A DNA stretch of 64,000 nucleotides from a virus. The notes beneath the pieces were generated by a model. It saw only the letters and a list, made by a program, of their open reading frames with translations. It made no database searches and was not told the origin of the DNA. Shown here in pieces: positions 30,662 to 40,622 of this stretch. The position numbers and the translations under genes were made by a program. The stretch's first letter is position 1; every line of letters starts with the position of its first letter. Where the stretch lies: positions 2,318 to 66,317 of IMG/VR virus record IMGVR_UViG_3300040801_002513; one strand, written 5' to 3'.

Positions 30662-32083
30662 CTATTTTTTTAAAGTCTTTCTTTTTGTGTTAAATTCCAA
30701 GAAATCTTTTATTTTATCCCACTTTCTATTTAGATATATCTCTGGTGATAACCACTCAAATACGTCTACAGCTTTAAAATTATACCACCTCAACTCATAT
30801 AAATCCGTATCTTTATGTTTATTTTTTATGCCTTTTATTGGTATAAAGTCATATATAAAATCTACAACTTCTTTACTACTTAATATCATAATGCCTAGAG
30901 TTTTACCACTTGTATATATAGAACCGTCACCATCAATTAAGCCTACAGTCCATTGCTTTAAACATTCTACCTCATTACGTATGATTGAGGGTATCTTCTC
31001 TTTAGTTGACTTTCTGGGTTGTAAATCCCAGTATTTTAAATTATGTATCACATAAGGATTATCACAAATAAAGTAATTAAATAAGGTTCCTGGTTTATAA
31101 CCAGAAGAAAGCTTAGTGTATATCGGCTTACGTGAACCTAAGTAAACTTTAAATCCCTCTACTAGACTCCTATCAGTAGACCCAAAGTCTACAACATATC
31201 TTGTTGCTGAGTTCCCAGATCTTTTTATGCATCCGTCTGCAACAAGTAGGCCTGCGTAGTAGCTTGCTTCTTTTGTTGGTAGTAGAAAAGAGTCATTGTT
31301 TGTAGGGTATTTGACTCTTTTTATTGGTACCAATAACCTACTACACCACCATACAATCTTATCTCTACTACATCCGTGAGTGTCAGATATGTTGTTAGTG
31401 GTTAAGCCTTGTATATGTATGCTTTTGTACAAGTACTCCCTCAGGTCAGATTTGGTACTACAACCTAAAATATTAAACTTCAACTTTTCTTTAATACATA
31501 AGTATTTTTCCCACCTACTGACAAGTGAAGATAACTTACCATCATTCATAATTGTCTTAGTGTCAAAATTAAACCAACTTAATGACACTTCAGAGTCATG
31601 GTTTGATATATTAAAATTTCCAGGCCTTAGTACGTACCAACAATCTCCTGACACAGAATCTACATAAGCCTTTTCATCCTTAAATCTCAAATCATCAATA
31701 CAATAATTAGTTCCTTCTATTATTCTAGCTTTTAGTTGGTCAATATGCCAACTAGGTTTAAATTTTCTAATTAGGTCTGTACCTATGAACTGCATCAACT
31801 CTCTTATAGAATTGAAAATACTACTTTCTCTGGTGGAGAGTATGTCACTCTCAAGTATATCTAAACGTAAAGATAGTAACTCATAAGAAATGGTGTACTT
31901 ACTTAGCACATCCTTATTATTTTCAAGAAAACACCTATCTATACCTATAAGTTCACATATTAGATCTTTCAGCCCATCAGCAAATTTTATTATCTCAAAA
32001 CCATTGTTTATACATACATTTGCTAACTCGGATTTACCTGAACTCATTCTACCAGCTAAAGCTATAATCATTACTTCTCCCAA
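30662..32083 (-). CDS. Deoxynucleoside monophosphate kinase fused to HTH + LAGLIDADG endonuclease
   Basis: N-terminal AGRMSSGKS, FADGLK, RELMQFIGTD, DDLRFKDE; C-terminal YYAGLLVADG and VGLIDGDG. Confidence 0.75.
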   Translation of the reverse strand: MGEVMIIALAGRMSSGKSELANVCINNGFEIIKFADGLKDLICELIGIDRCFLENNKDVLSKYTISYELLSLRLDILESDILSTRESSIFNSIRELMQFIGTDLIRKFKPSWHIDQLKARIIEGTNYCIDDLRFKDEKAYVDSVSGDCWYVLRPGNFNISNHDSEVSLSWFNFDTKTIMNDGKLSSLVSRWEKYLCIKEKLKFNILGCSTKSDLREYLYKSIHIQGLTTNNISDTHGCSRDKIVWWCSRLLVPIKRVKYPTNNDSFLLPTKEASYYAGLLVADGCIKRSGNSATRYVVDFGSTDRSLVEGFKVYLGSRKPIYTKLSSGYKPGTLFNYFICDNPYVIHNLKYWDLQPRKSTKEKIPSIIRNEVECLKQWTVGLIDGDGSIYTSGKTLGIMILSSKEVVDFIYDFIPIKGIKNKHKDTDLYELRWYNFKAVDVFEWLSPEIYLNRKWDKIKDFLEFNTKRKTLKK

Positions 32084-32499
32084 TCTGTTAAAATATCACT
32101 ACTAAGAATAGCCATATGAATATTAATGTACTCTTCAAATATTATGTCTATCTTATCTAGTAATGCAAATGCGTCTAAAGATTTAGAGTTGTCTCTATCT
32201 ATAATCGCCTTAAATGTATTTATTTTCTCTTCTAGTGTATCTGTAAGATGTAGAGCTTCATATATACTAACATTCGTATCATCTATATTAATGACTGTGC
32301 CTCTGTTTAGATCATCCAATAGAATGTCATGACTACGTATCTTACTTAATAATCCAAACTTCTCATTTATAGCTTTAGTATATAAATCACCCTTTATTTC
32401 AGATGAAGATTTGCTAATAGCATTTATATATCTATCTATTATATCTAATTTAGTTTTAAGAAATTTACGTCTTAGAACTATTTCACTAACTAACATCAC
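32071..32499 (-). CDS. Hypothetical protein
   Basis: 142 aa, overlapping neighbours in the operon. Confidence 0.6.
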   Translation of the reverse strand: MMLVSEIVLRRKFLKTKLDIIDRYINAISKSSSEIKGDLYTKAINEKFGLLSKIRSHDILLDDLNRGTVINIDDTNVSIYEALHLTDTLEEKINTFKAIIDRDNSKSLDAFALLDKIDIIFEEYINIHMAILSSDILTDWEK

Positions 32500-32714
32500 A
32501 CTAACTCTACGTCTACCGCTTGTATTCCTTTATCTGTATTTTTTAATACAAAAGATATAGGTTGTTTTGCTTTTAGTGTTTTATAACCTTCCATGTTTAT
32601 AACTGAATAGTGAATAAAATATTCTTCATCATTTGGGTCGTTATCTAGAACTGCAAACCCATAACCTCTATCGTTCGAAAACCATCGGACTTTTCCTAAA
32701 ACTCTCTCACTCAT
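32496..32714 (-). CDS. Cold-shock domain protein
   Basis: GKVRWFSNDRGYGF...FIHYSVI..EGYKTL...KGIQAVDV (RNP1/RNP2). Confidence 0.9.
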   Translation of the reverse strand: MSERVLGKVRWFSNDRGYGFAVLDNDPNDEEYFIHYSVINMEGYKTLKAKQPISFVLKNTDKGIQAVDVELV

Positions 32715-32759
32715 AATAACTCCTATAATTTAAAATTCTTTGGTAACTAACCTGTAATA

Positions 32760-33173
32760 TTATTTTAATACCTTTATTTCGAAGTGAGGGAGGTCCATAA
32801 AAGTCTGATCATCAAGTTCATCATCACGGTCCCAATTACCTCCCCATCTTATAGTAATACCCAACATTGCGGCTACACCTTGTACAAAACCTGCAAACTC
32901 ATAAAACTTTTCTCTGTCATCCCATCTAATGTGGGGCTTGTTTTGGAAGTAAGGTACTACATCTACTCCCTCACTTGGAAAAGAGTTGTGTTTACTCTCT
33001 GGAAATTTTAATTTAGACCTACCACCATGGTAGGCATCATTTTGTTCCTTCTCTCCTCTATGTCCACAGATAACAGAACAGTCGTAGTATTTAACTACTT
33101 CTCTAAAAAGTTTTTGTAAATCTGCATGACACTGATTTAAGTTGTTCTCAGATCTTTTACCAAACTTTGCCAT
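32760..33173 (-). CDS. Endolysin, M15 family L-Ala-D-Glu peptidase
   Basis: GHRGEKEQ, SKHN...VD, IRWGGNW, DLPHFE. Confidence 0.85.
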   Translation of the reverse strand: MAKFGKRSENNLNQCHADLQKLFREVVKYYDCSVICGHRGEKEQNDAYHGGRSKLKFPESKHNSFPSEGVDVVPYFQNKPHIRWDDREKFYEFAGFVQGVAAMLGITIRWGGNWDRDDELDDQTFMDLPHFEIKVLK

Positions 33174-33175
33174 TA

Positions 33176-33544
33176 TTAGTCTCCTGCCTTAGTATCTTTA
33201 GGTTTAGATTTAGTTGCTGGTTTATCTACAGCTTTTACGGCGTTAAATTCTTTAAGCTTAGCGTCTAAATCCATTATGATATTATTACGTATCTCCAACT
33301 CTTCAGCATGAGCTGTTTCAAGCACTTCAATGATGTCTTCGTAGTTAGATATGTCAGCTTTATAATCTTCTATTTCCTGTAGTAGACTTTTGTATATAGG
33401 ATCTTTAGCCCTTTTTACTGCTTTTTGTCTTTCGTGGGGAGATTTCATTATAAGAGGACGTCTTCTATCGTCTGCGTTCTTATTATACGCCTGAGTTCCA
33501 CCACCTAATACTTTCACTCCGTCACCTTCAATTTTAATACCCAT
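33176..33544 (-). CDS. Coiled-coil hypothetical protein
   Basis: 122 aa with GGAG RBS. Confidence 0.6.
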   Translation of the reverse strand: MGIKIEGDGVKVLGGGTQAYNKNADDRRRPLIMKSPHERQKAVKRAKDPIYKSLLQEIEDYKADISNYEDIIEVLETAHAEELEIRNNIIMDLDAKLKEFNAVKAVDKPATKSKPKDTKAGD

Positions 33545-33554
33545 TTAATTCTCC

Positions 33555-34124
33555 CTAAATAATTTTATCTACTAATCCATACTCTACTGCCTCTTCTGCC
33601 TCTAGCCAATGATCTCTACTCATATCCTTTTTAATCTTAGCTAAAGGTTTTCCAGTAAAGGCTACGTATTGTTTTGCCATCTTTTCATAAAGCTTCTTAT
33701 ATTTCTCTACTTGATTAAAAATATCATTAGCCTTACCTTGTGTTCCTCCAGAAAATTCGTGTATCATAACTTCTGCGTTAGGTAATATACATCTTTTACC
33801 TTTTGTACCTGCTGCTAGTATAAAACTACCCGCAGAACAACATTGGCCTATACCTACTGTGTGTATATCTGGCTTAACGAAGTTCATTACATCGAAGATA
33901 CTATACATACTGGTAATAGACCCTCCAGGACTATTTACATAAATATAGATATCTTTATCTGGCTCTTGGGAATTAAGGTACAATAATTGAGCTACTGTGT
34001 GATTTGCCATGGTGTCATTAAACTCACCTTGTATGTATATGATCCTATCTTTTAACAGTCTACTAAAAATTTCATAGCTCTTCTCTTTTTCATTATCACC
34101 TTCGATTACATATGATAAATTCAT
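33555..34124 (-). CDS. clpP: ATP-dependent Clp protease proteolytic subunit
   Basis: FSRLLKDRII, YVNSPGGS, CSAGS (Ser), MIHE (His), SRDHWL (Asp), AVEYGLVD. Confidence 0.9.
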   Translation of the reverse strand: MNLSYVIEGDNEKEKSYEIFSRLLKDRIIYIQGEFNDTMANHTVAQLLYLNSQEPDKDIYIYVNSPGGSITSMYSIFDVMNFVKPDIHTVGIGQCCSAGSFILAAGTKGKRCILPNAEVMIHEFSGGTQGKANDIFNQVEKYKKLYEKMAKQYVAFTGKPLAKIKKDMSRDHWLEAEEAVEYGLVDKII

Positions 34125-34194
34125 AATTATACCTCTTATTTTAAATTAAAATGCTACCAATTACTGTGGTATTATGTTACCTTAGTTAGTTTAT

Positions 34195-34479
34195 TTATAG
34201 TCTATCAAGTATACTACTATCTACAAATAAATTTTTAATACAACAAGTTTTTTCGTTACTTAAGAATTTGTTACAATCTAGCACTATATGATCCAAATCA
34301 ATGCATAATTTTGTACACGAAATATGTATAAAATCTTCCATAGTATCGTCAGAAAGATCCTCAGGCTCATCAAACTCATTGAGTACTGTTAAGCCTTCAG
34401 CACTGATATCTCTTATAACCCTATGTGTACAGTGTTTGCACAAAGAATTATTTATTAGATATTCTATGTCATTTTCCAT
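34195..34479 (-). CDS. Cys-containing hypothetical protein
   Basis: SLCKHCTHR. Confidence 0.55.
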   Translation of the reverse strand: MENDIEYLINNSLCKHCTHRVIRDISAEGLTVLNEFDEPEDLSDDTMEDFIHISCTKLCIDLDHIVLDCNKFLSNEKTCCIKNLFVDSSILDRL

Positions 34480-34482
34480 ATT

Positions 34483-34683
34483 TTATTTTGGTTTATGTGC
34501 TCTAGATACGGTTTCTGGAGTTTTATGCGTAGTTATTTTGTTCTGCTTACGCATACGCTTTATTTTACAATTAATAGAATCTAGGTCTCTACCTGGTAAC
34601 ATATCTATTAACTCGAATATAGTGCTCTCCTCATAGTTATCTATAAGTATTTTCTCTTCAGAGAAGGTCCATCTTTTTGCCAC
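34483..34683 (-). CDS. Small HTH/Myb-like DNA-binding protein
   Basis: KRWTFSEEKIL...LPGRDLDSI; GGAGG RBS with GTG start. Confidence 0.55.
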   Translation of the reverse strand: MAKRWTFSEEKILIDNYEESTIFELIDMLPGRDLDSINCKIKRMRKQNKITTHKTPETVSRAHKPK

Positions 34684-34723
34684 GGTACACCTCCAAAATT
34701 AATGTTGTTTACAGCTTAGGTCG

Positions 34724-34936
34724 TTATCCCTGTTTATTAACATCATCAATGTAATCCGTCATGGAAGTTCCGATATGTATTTCCTGAAGCAGATCTCTCA
34801 TTATGTTTAATACGTCTGTATTACCAGTACCATTAGCTATAGCAGTGTCAATACTGTCTTCAATAGCGTCTTTTTTGTTCTTCCATTCTTTGGAAGGTTC
34901 TGTGTAAGAAAACAGATGTGATAACTTTAGTGTCAT
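34724..34936 (-). CDS. Hypothetical protein
   Basis: 70 aa with AAGGA RBS. Confidence 0.55.
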   Translation of the reverse strand: MTLKLSHLFSYTEPSKEWKNKKDAIEDSIDTAIANGTGNTDVLNIMRDLLQEIHIGTSMTDYIDDVNKQG

Positions 34937-35013
34937 AGTGTCCTTTAAGTGTTATTATTGTAATTATGTAAACTATCCCCTTACAATTTAAGAGGATAGT
35001 TTATTACAGTGTA

Positions 35014-36288
35014 TCAGAAGGCTTTATCTTGAAGTTTTTCAGCTAATTCCAGTAAATTACTTCTGTAACTGTGTTTTAAATTTACATACGCCATGGATTC
35101 ATGAGGCATAGCGCGTAACAGTTTTAGTAATCCACTGTTACTTGGCTTTATAGAATAACTTTGAGCTAAGTCCCCCATTAAGATTATACGTGATTCATCT
35201 GTAGCCCTTGACAATATCATACTCATGAGATCAATCGTACAGTATTGTACTTCGTCAACTAATAAGTAGTCGTCAAGTAAACTTAGTCCTTGTAAACTGT
35301 TGGCGTCTATAAGTTCAAAAAGCTTTTTGAAAATCTCTTCTTTTACAAAGTCGTACCCTTTGCCGTCTTTTTCTTGTAAATTAGTGTTACCAAATAAGAA
35401 GTAAACTGCACTCAAAAAACCCATTGCCCAAGAGGCCAGTTTTTCTTGCACACTTCCAGGTAAAAATCCTATTTCATACTTTCTGTCTATGCCAACTGGC
35501 GGGCGACTTATGAAAGTTTTTTTAAGATTATTAGCAATGGCGTAAGATGTACTTAAAAGTGTTTTACCTGAACCCCATTTACCTGTAATTAGTACATGAG
35601 GTGAATTTTCTAAAGCGTAGATAGCACATACTTGGTACAAGTCACGTGCTTTAACTGTCATCTTATCATTTTCAATTGACCTGTAAGTAGGTAAATTATC
35701 AATACGTTCTAGGATTGATTTAAGTGGATTATTGGCATAAACCATAGTTGACTTGCCTTCGGCTTCTATAAACGCAAAGAACCAACTATTTTTTACAAAA
35801 GGTTTGTCTCCAACTAAATAATCAAAGGCTTCGTGGTAACTAACATCTGTGTAGGCTTGCTGGTAGGTAAAACCTTCTGTTATTTCTCGGGTAGTGGTAT
35901 ATAAATAAGGATTATAAATACCATTAGCTATATTACCGTATAATTTTGCAGGTACTTCTTTACTTTCAGATATAATACTCATTGATATATCTTTAGTGGC
36001 TATAGTAGCCCCAGTCTGTCTAGCTGCTTCTATTATAAGTTCATCATTGTTAGATAAGTCTGTAGTATTAACTACGAATTCTATACTATCTGGATGTTTA
36101 GTTTGAAACTCTTTAATAGAAGATATAGCTGCTCTAGCTGAATAAGATAAGTCGGGATTATTCTTGTGTTTGTCTAACTCTTTTAATACTACTATAGACA
36201 TTACTATTTTATCATAGTCTACCTTTAGTTTGAAAAGTATGTTAGGTTCATCTAGGAGCAAATTAGTATCAACAAGTATTTTTGTCAT
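35014..36288 (-). CDS. phoH: PIN-PhoH (PhoH2-like) protein
   Basis: PIN motifs LVDTNLLL, ELD, NNDELI, ATKD; Walker A GKWGSGKT, IGFLPG, LVDEVQ, MGDLAQ. Confidence 0.85.
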   Translation of the reverse strand: MTKILVDTNLLLDEPNILFKLKVDYDKIVMSIVVLKELDKHKNNPDLSYSARAAISSIKEFQTKHPDSIEFVVNTTDLSNNDELIIEAARQTGATIATKDISMSIISESKEVPAKLYGNIANGIYNPYLYTTTREITEGFTYQQAYTDVSYHEAFDYLVGDKPFVKNSWFFAFIEAEGKSTMVYANNPLKSILERIDNLPTYRSIENDKMTVKARDLYQVCAIYALENSPHVLITGKWGSGKTLLSTSYAIANNLKKTFISRPPVGIDRKYEIGFLPGSVQEKLASWAMGFLSAVYFLFGNTNLQEKDGKGYDFVKEEIFKKLFELIDANSLQGLSLLDDYLLVDEVQYCTIDLMSMILSRATDESRIILMGDLAQSYSIKPSNSGLLKLLRAMPHESMAYVNLKHSYRSNLLELAEKLQDKAF

Positions 36289-36337
36289 TCTACCTCCGAA
36301 ATTAAAAATCCCTAGAACGCATCAGCGAACTAGGGTT

Positions 36338-36778
36338 TTATTGTAAGATTGAAAAAGGTTTTTTGTGAAACCATACGTATAACCAACCTACTAAAAATAC
36401 AGATATAGATGAGGTTATAATGACGTATAACTTCTGTACCATTGTAAATATAGATGATATATTAGGTATGTTGAAAGATCCACTATCTAATATAATAAGG
36501 TCATACATGGATGCTTCTATTATAGTTAAGTCATGTATAACTACTATACCAAAACAAATCATTGTCACCATACATAGGGAAACTAAAACACCTACCGGTA
36601 TTTTTAAACCTTTCTCTATAAGAGAATCTTTAGCCATGTATAGTTTTGTAGTTATGGTAAGGGAGAATACTAAAGAGGCTATCCACCAAGCCATACCAGA
36701 ACTCCACACCAGCTCTATTATATCAAAGTTGTTGTCTAATACGGTGTTTAATATAATGTCTTTAATCTCTACCACCAC
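36338..36778 (-). CDS. Multi-pass membrane protein
   Basis: Three hydrophobic helices. Confidence 0.55.
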   Translation of the reverse strand: MVVEIKDIILNTVLDNNFDIIELVWSSGMAWWIASLVFSLTITTKLYMAKDSLIEKGLKIPVGVLVSLCMVTMICFGIVVIHDLTIIEASMYDLIILDSGSFNIPNISSIFTMVQKLYVIITSSISVFLVGWLYVWFHKKPFSILQ

Positions 36779-37076
36779 TTAGATTATTAATTATTAAGTT
36801 AGATAGTTGTTTAAAGTTAGAATGTAGAGTTTCATCTAAGCTGTCTATTTGTGTCTTTAGGTCGTCTATCTGTCCTGTCAAATCTGTTATATCTGTTTCT
36901 TGTTTTTTGTCTTTCTCTGCGTATGTTTTAAAAAGATTCAAAGAATTAGTTTGTATAGTTTGTAATACTTTTATTCTTGAATCCATATGAAAATACAGGC
37001 CTGTCATGGACATCATGTAGATAATCACGACATAAAACATAAATTTCTCCATCCTTTCATTTAAGGCTGATACCAT
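36762..37076 (-). CDS. Membrane-anchored coiled-coil protein
   Basis: TM segment followed by heptad repeats. Confidence 0.55.
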   Translation of the reverse strand: MVSALNERMEKFMFYVVIIYMMSMTGLYFHMDSRIKVLQTIQTNSLNLFKTYAEKDKKQETDITDLTGQIDDLKTQIDSLDETLHSNFKQLSNLIINNLSGGRD

Positions 37077-37183
37077 GACATGCCTCCCAAAATAGAAATT
37101 ACTGGATTATAATAAACTACTAATTACTAGGTCTTATCCTATTAAGACCACTTACTATAGTAAAGGTTAGATAAACAATGTTT

Positions 37184-37393
37184 TTATACACCACACTCCT
37201 GAAAAGTTTGAGAACTTTCTCTAAATACAGCTATCTTACTGAAGTCTTCGCCACTAATTTTTATAACCGACATGTCGTAGATGAGTGTAGTTTTATTATC
37301 ACAGGAACATACGTCTACATCACCTTCTACTGAAGCTTCTAAAATCTCATCACAGTTTAAACATCTAATTAAAGTTATCATATTATTCTCCAT
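37184..37393 (-). CDS. Small Zn-binding protein
   Basis: RCLNCDEIL...CSC. Confidence 0.55.
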   Translation of the reverse strand: MENNMITLIRCLNCDEILEASVEGDVDVCSCDNKTTLIYDMSVIKISGEDFSKIAVFRESSQTFQECGV

Positions 37394-37748
37394 CCCCTAA
37401 TAAAGCATAGGTAAGTAATTCTTTCATTGTAGATAGCTCTTCTTTAAAAGCATCCATATCCTCTGAGTTAGCTATAATAGCTCCGGCGGCCATGTCTAAC
37501 ATTGAACCTTCTTGATTTGACAAGGTCTCTAGCTCTATTTGTTTTTGAGTAATCATTGCTTTTTCCCAAAACTCCATAAACTGTTCCAAAAATACAACCG
37601 GATCAGCCATAGAAGTTAAATAGTCTTTAAACATTGTAAACACCATGGTGTCAATAAAATCATCAGCTATCTGTTTTGATGTATTTGTCAATTTAGATAT
37701 CTCATACATAAGTTTAGTATCAGCTGCACTAACTTTCTCCGAAGTCAT
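37383..37748 (-). CDS. Hypothetical protein
   Basis: 121 aa with AGGAG RBS. Confidence 0.65.
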   Translation of the reverse strand: MTSEKVSAADTKLMYEISKLTNTSKQIADDFIDTMVFTMFKDYLTSMADPVVFLEQFMEFWEKAMITQKQIELETLSNQEGSMLDMAAGAIIANSEDMDAFKEELSTMKELLTYALLGDGE

Positions 37749-37763
37749 AGTAATTCTCCTAAT

Positions 37764-38036
37764 TTAATTGTGTGGATTGTAAACAAAAGATTGTTTGTCA
37801 GAAACATTCTTTATCATGTTGCCTTCTAATATGCAACGATGATTACTATTTAATTTATTATATTTTATTATATCTGAGGTAAGGGTAACATTCATAATTA
37901 TAGGGTCGCGGCCCATTAACATACTAATAAGGTTTCTACGAAACTCTAAAAAATCTTCTTCTGTTTCAAACAATGAGAAGTCTACTTGATGTAGGTAATC
38001 TTGTAGTTGTTGTGTAGCTGGGATTAAGTTACTCAT
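37764..38036 (-). CDS. Hypothetical protein
   Basis: 90 aa with AAGGA RBS. Confidence 0.55.
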   Translation of the reverse strand: MSNLIPATQQLQDYLHQVDFSLFETEEDFLEFRRNLISMLMGRDPIIMNVTLTSDIIKYNKLNSNHRCILEGNMIKNVSDKQSFVYNPHN

Positions 38037-38584
38037 AGTATTTCCTTATGTTCTAATTTTAATTGTTAAGTATATTATACTAGATTTTAGGTAGTTTGTC
38101 AAGTACTTTATTAATTTTAGTTTGTATTTTACTAGGTGGATACGAGTAGTTATAGATGATATGTAATCAAGTAGTAATACTAGTACTGATGTATCATACC
38201 AGAGGAGGAGGGATTGAGTGTAGTTTTCCAGCCCTACATGTACAAAAAGAACGGATCTGTTGTGTACATTAGGACTGGAAGAAAGATATATCATACCGTC
38301 AGTATCGGTTATATCGTTCGTTGAGAGAATTAACATGCCCAGGTCTAACTTTACCATGCGAGAAAAAACCCTATCAAATCCTTTCTCTGTTCTCTCCCAG
38401 GCTAGTCAAGCTAGCTAGTACGGCAGGAACTTAATCCTATCTGGGTGGAAACTATTATTTTACTTAATTCAACTGCCCGCTCCAGGGCATACCCACTTAA
38501 TTTCTTAAGCACCTACATGGGATGGATTACTAGGTAGGTTTAAATCTTAATACAAAATATAATATTAAGGATAGTTGTATACTG

Positions 38585-38613
38585 CTTATAACAAATTCAT
38601 AACAAAAAGTCAA
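38585..38613 (-). promoter_or_regulatory. Sigma70-type promoter
   Basis: TTGACT-N17-TATAAG. Confidence 0.55.
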
Positions 38614-38789
38614 CCCTTTTTTACATTTAATTTCATTTTTCTTACTTACCCTTCCTAGTTAGTTTATTCTACTAGCCTCTTCTAGATTTGAAGAGCCGAG
38701 ACTTTCGACGGGCTTACACCCCTACTCTTCTAACGACCATAGGGGTAGGTTAGTCTCCTAGTAGGCCCACAAATAGGGACGCGGGCCAA

Positions 38790-39410
38790 AGTTAGTACTA
38801 CTATAGACCATGAAGAGTACTAGGTTCTATAGTAGTAATAATAGTAGTACTAATAGAGTTTCTAAGTAAATCTTTGAAACAGAAATCGTAGACCTGTTAA
38901 GTACTACTAGAGTTTCTACCATTTGTTGAAACAGAGTAGTTATATAGAAAGAAGAGAGGGATCAAGGATAGGGGGGGGGACGTACTAATATTATTACTAC
39001 TATCAACAACGCTGCAACAAAGAAATCTAGCACCGTTATTAGTACTAATAGCCTGCCTACTACATAGGGGCAAATCTAGGACCTATTATTAGTAGTATAG
39101 TATTACTACTATAGTAGTTTACTCTTCAGTAGTTTAACACCATATAGAATGTATAAAACAACACCGGTGACAACAATTATGGGAATAGCTTTTAGTAGTA
39201 TAATAATAGTACTAATATCTTCTTTAGATGGCTTTGCTCTTATCATATTATTACTCTAGGGTATATTAGTACTCTCTAGGTACTATATTTATTACTACTA
39301 TAGCCTATAGTACTCTAGGATACTAGTACTATATTTATTACTCTACTGTACTTTATTAGTACTCTAGCGGGTATATTAGTACTCTACTATAATTATTACT
39401 ACTAATGGTC
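38790..39410. repeat. AT-rich TAGTA/TACTA/AGTACT repeat region
   Basis: No ORF; recurrent TATTAGTACTCT, TACTATATTTATTACT and ATATTATTACTACTAT words. Confidence 0.65.
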
Positions 39411-39504
39411 TTCTAAAATAGGGGTGGTACTAAGCTGTCTTGCTCAATTTGCTAACATGGTTTCTTGTCATAGATATTGTCTATAGGATATGTTTTATGA
39501 CATT

Positions 39505-39870
39505 TTATTTTATATCTGTTATATTTAATTTAATTATTATTGGTATTAAGGGAGAAGTAGGGTCTGTTGCTTCTTCTATAGTAAAAGTGTATGGGGGTGA
39601 TTTAGGTCCTTCTGTTCCATCTACAAATGTGGCCGCCATAGTATAATTATGTGTTCCTGGTAAGGAGTTAAAAGCACAGTCGAAAGTATTTGTGTTTATG
39701 ACTGTTGTTGTACATATTTCAATGTTGTTCTGGTACAATACGAATCCTTCTAGTTTGGGTACTTCTGGTGGGGTGTAAGCGTATTCTATCTGTATCACCC
39801 TCTCATCTGCAGCCCCGGCAATTCCTAGTAGTAATAATAGTAGTAGAGGTATAAGTAGTAGCATTCGCAT
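39505..39870 (-). CDS. Secreted single Fn3/Ig-like domain protein
   Basis: Signal peptide; EGFVLYQ...YTMAA...EGPKS. Confidence 0.6.
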   Translation of the reverse strand: MRMLLLIPLLLLLLLGIAGAADERVIQIEYAYTPPEVPKLEGFVLYQNNIEICTTTVINTNTFDCAFNSLPGTHNYTMAATFVDGTEGPKSPPYTFTIEEATDPTSPLIPIIIKLNITDIK

Positions 39871-39872
39871 AG

Positions 39873-40328
39873 TTATAGTCTCAATAGTAGAGTTTTAATA
39901 GTAGGTGCCGCTTGGATACCTACAGTAACAATATCAGAGTAGTCACTCTCACAATAAGGGCTGCCATCTTCTCTGTATTTAGTTAATTCCTTTTCTGGAG
40001 TACATTCACCGTCTACGTAAGCTGTTAGTGCAAAACTGTATTCTTTATAGGGAGAAACTCCATCTATCTCAATATAGCCCCGGCCTTCCTCCACAGGATT
40101 AAATATCACTGCGTCTGGATTATGTGCTGTGGTTTTACTGACAGTCTTAGGCTTATTATTGTTAAGTCCTTCACAGTTAAAAGGTATTATTGGTGTAGTA
40201 TTCTCTTTAAAATATAAGGTGTATCCTGTTAGTGGTTCTGGGTTCTGTTCCCAACTGAATTTTATCTTATATGCCTGGACATTAAATGCTAATAAAAGCA
40301 TCGGTATCAAAAATGATATAAACTTCAT
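39873..40328 (-). CDS. Secreted Fn3-like domain protein
   Basis: Signal peptide; FSWEQNPEPLTGYTLY...FALTAY...ESDYS. Confidence 0.6.
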   Translation of the reverse strand: MKFISFLIPMLLLAFNVQAYKIKFSWEQNPEPLTGYTLYFKENTTPIIPFNCEGLNNNKPKTVSKTTAHNPDAVIFNPVEEGRGYIEIDGVSPYKEYSFALTAYVDGECTPEKELTKYREDGSPYCESDYSDIVTVGIQAAPTIKTLLLRL

Positions 40329-40622
40329 TTAGGCCCCCAAAGTTAAATTTTATCTTTTGCTATACTAGGGTTACTTAATAGTAATGGTCGAAAGAGTAAA
40401 AAATACGATAATTTATAGCGAGTGGTACCCGATCTCTATATAGGGGGTAAATTCGCATTTTTGTTTATTATAGCCCCCTTTGCTGTATTGTTACTCTCTT
40501 AACAGCTAGTGGTACTTCTTAACGAAGTACAAAGAAGAGACATAAAAAGCATGTCTCTTATAGACAAAAACACCGTCTCAACTTCGAGACCCCCCCCCTC
40601 CCCTTCAACTTTGGAGAATATC

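Noticed and set aside
38046-38357. 103-aa ORF
   Set aside because: No RBS and low-complexity C-terminus; likely spurious.
38695-38760. Hammerhead ribozyme
   Set aside because: GAAA and a stem III-like pairing are present, but there is no CUGANGA core or stem II.
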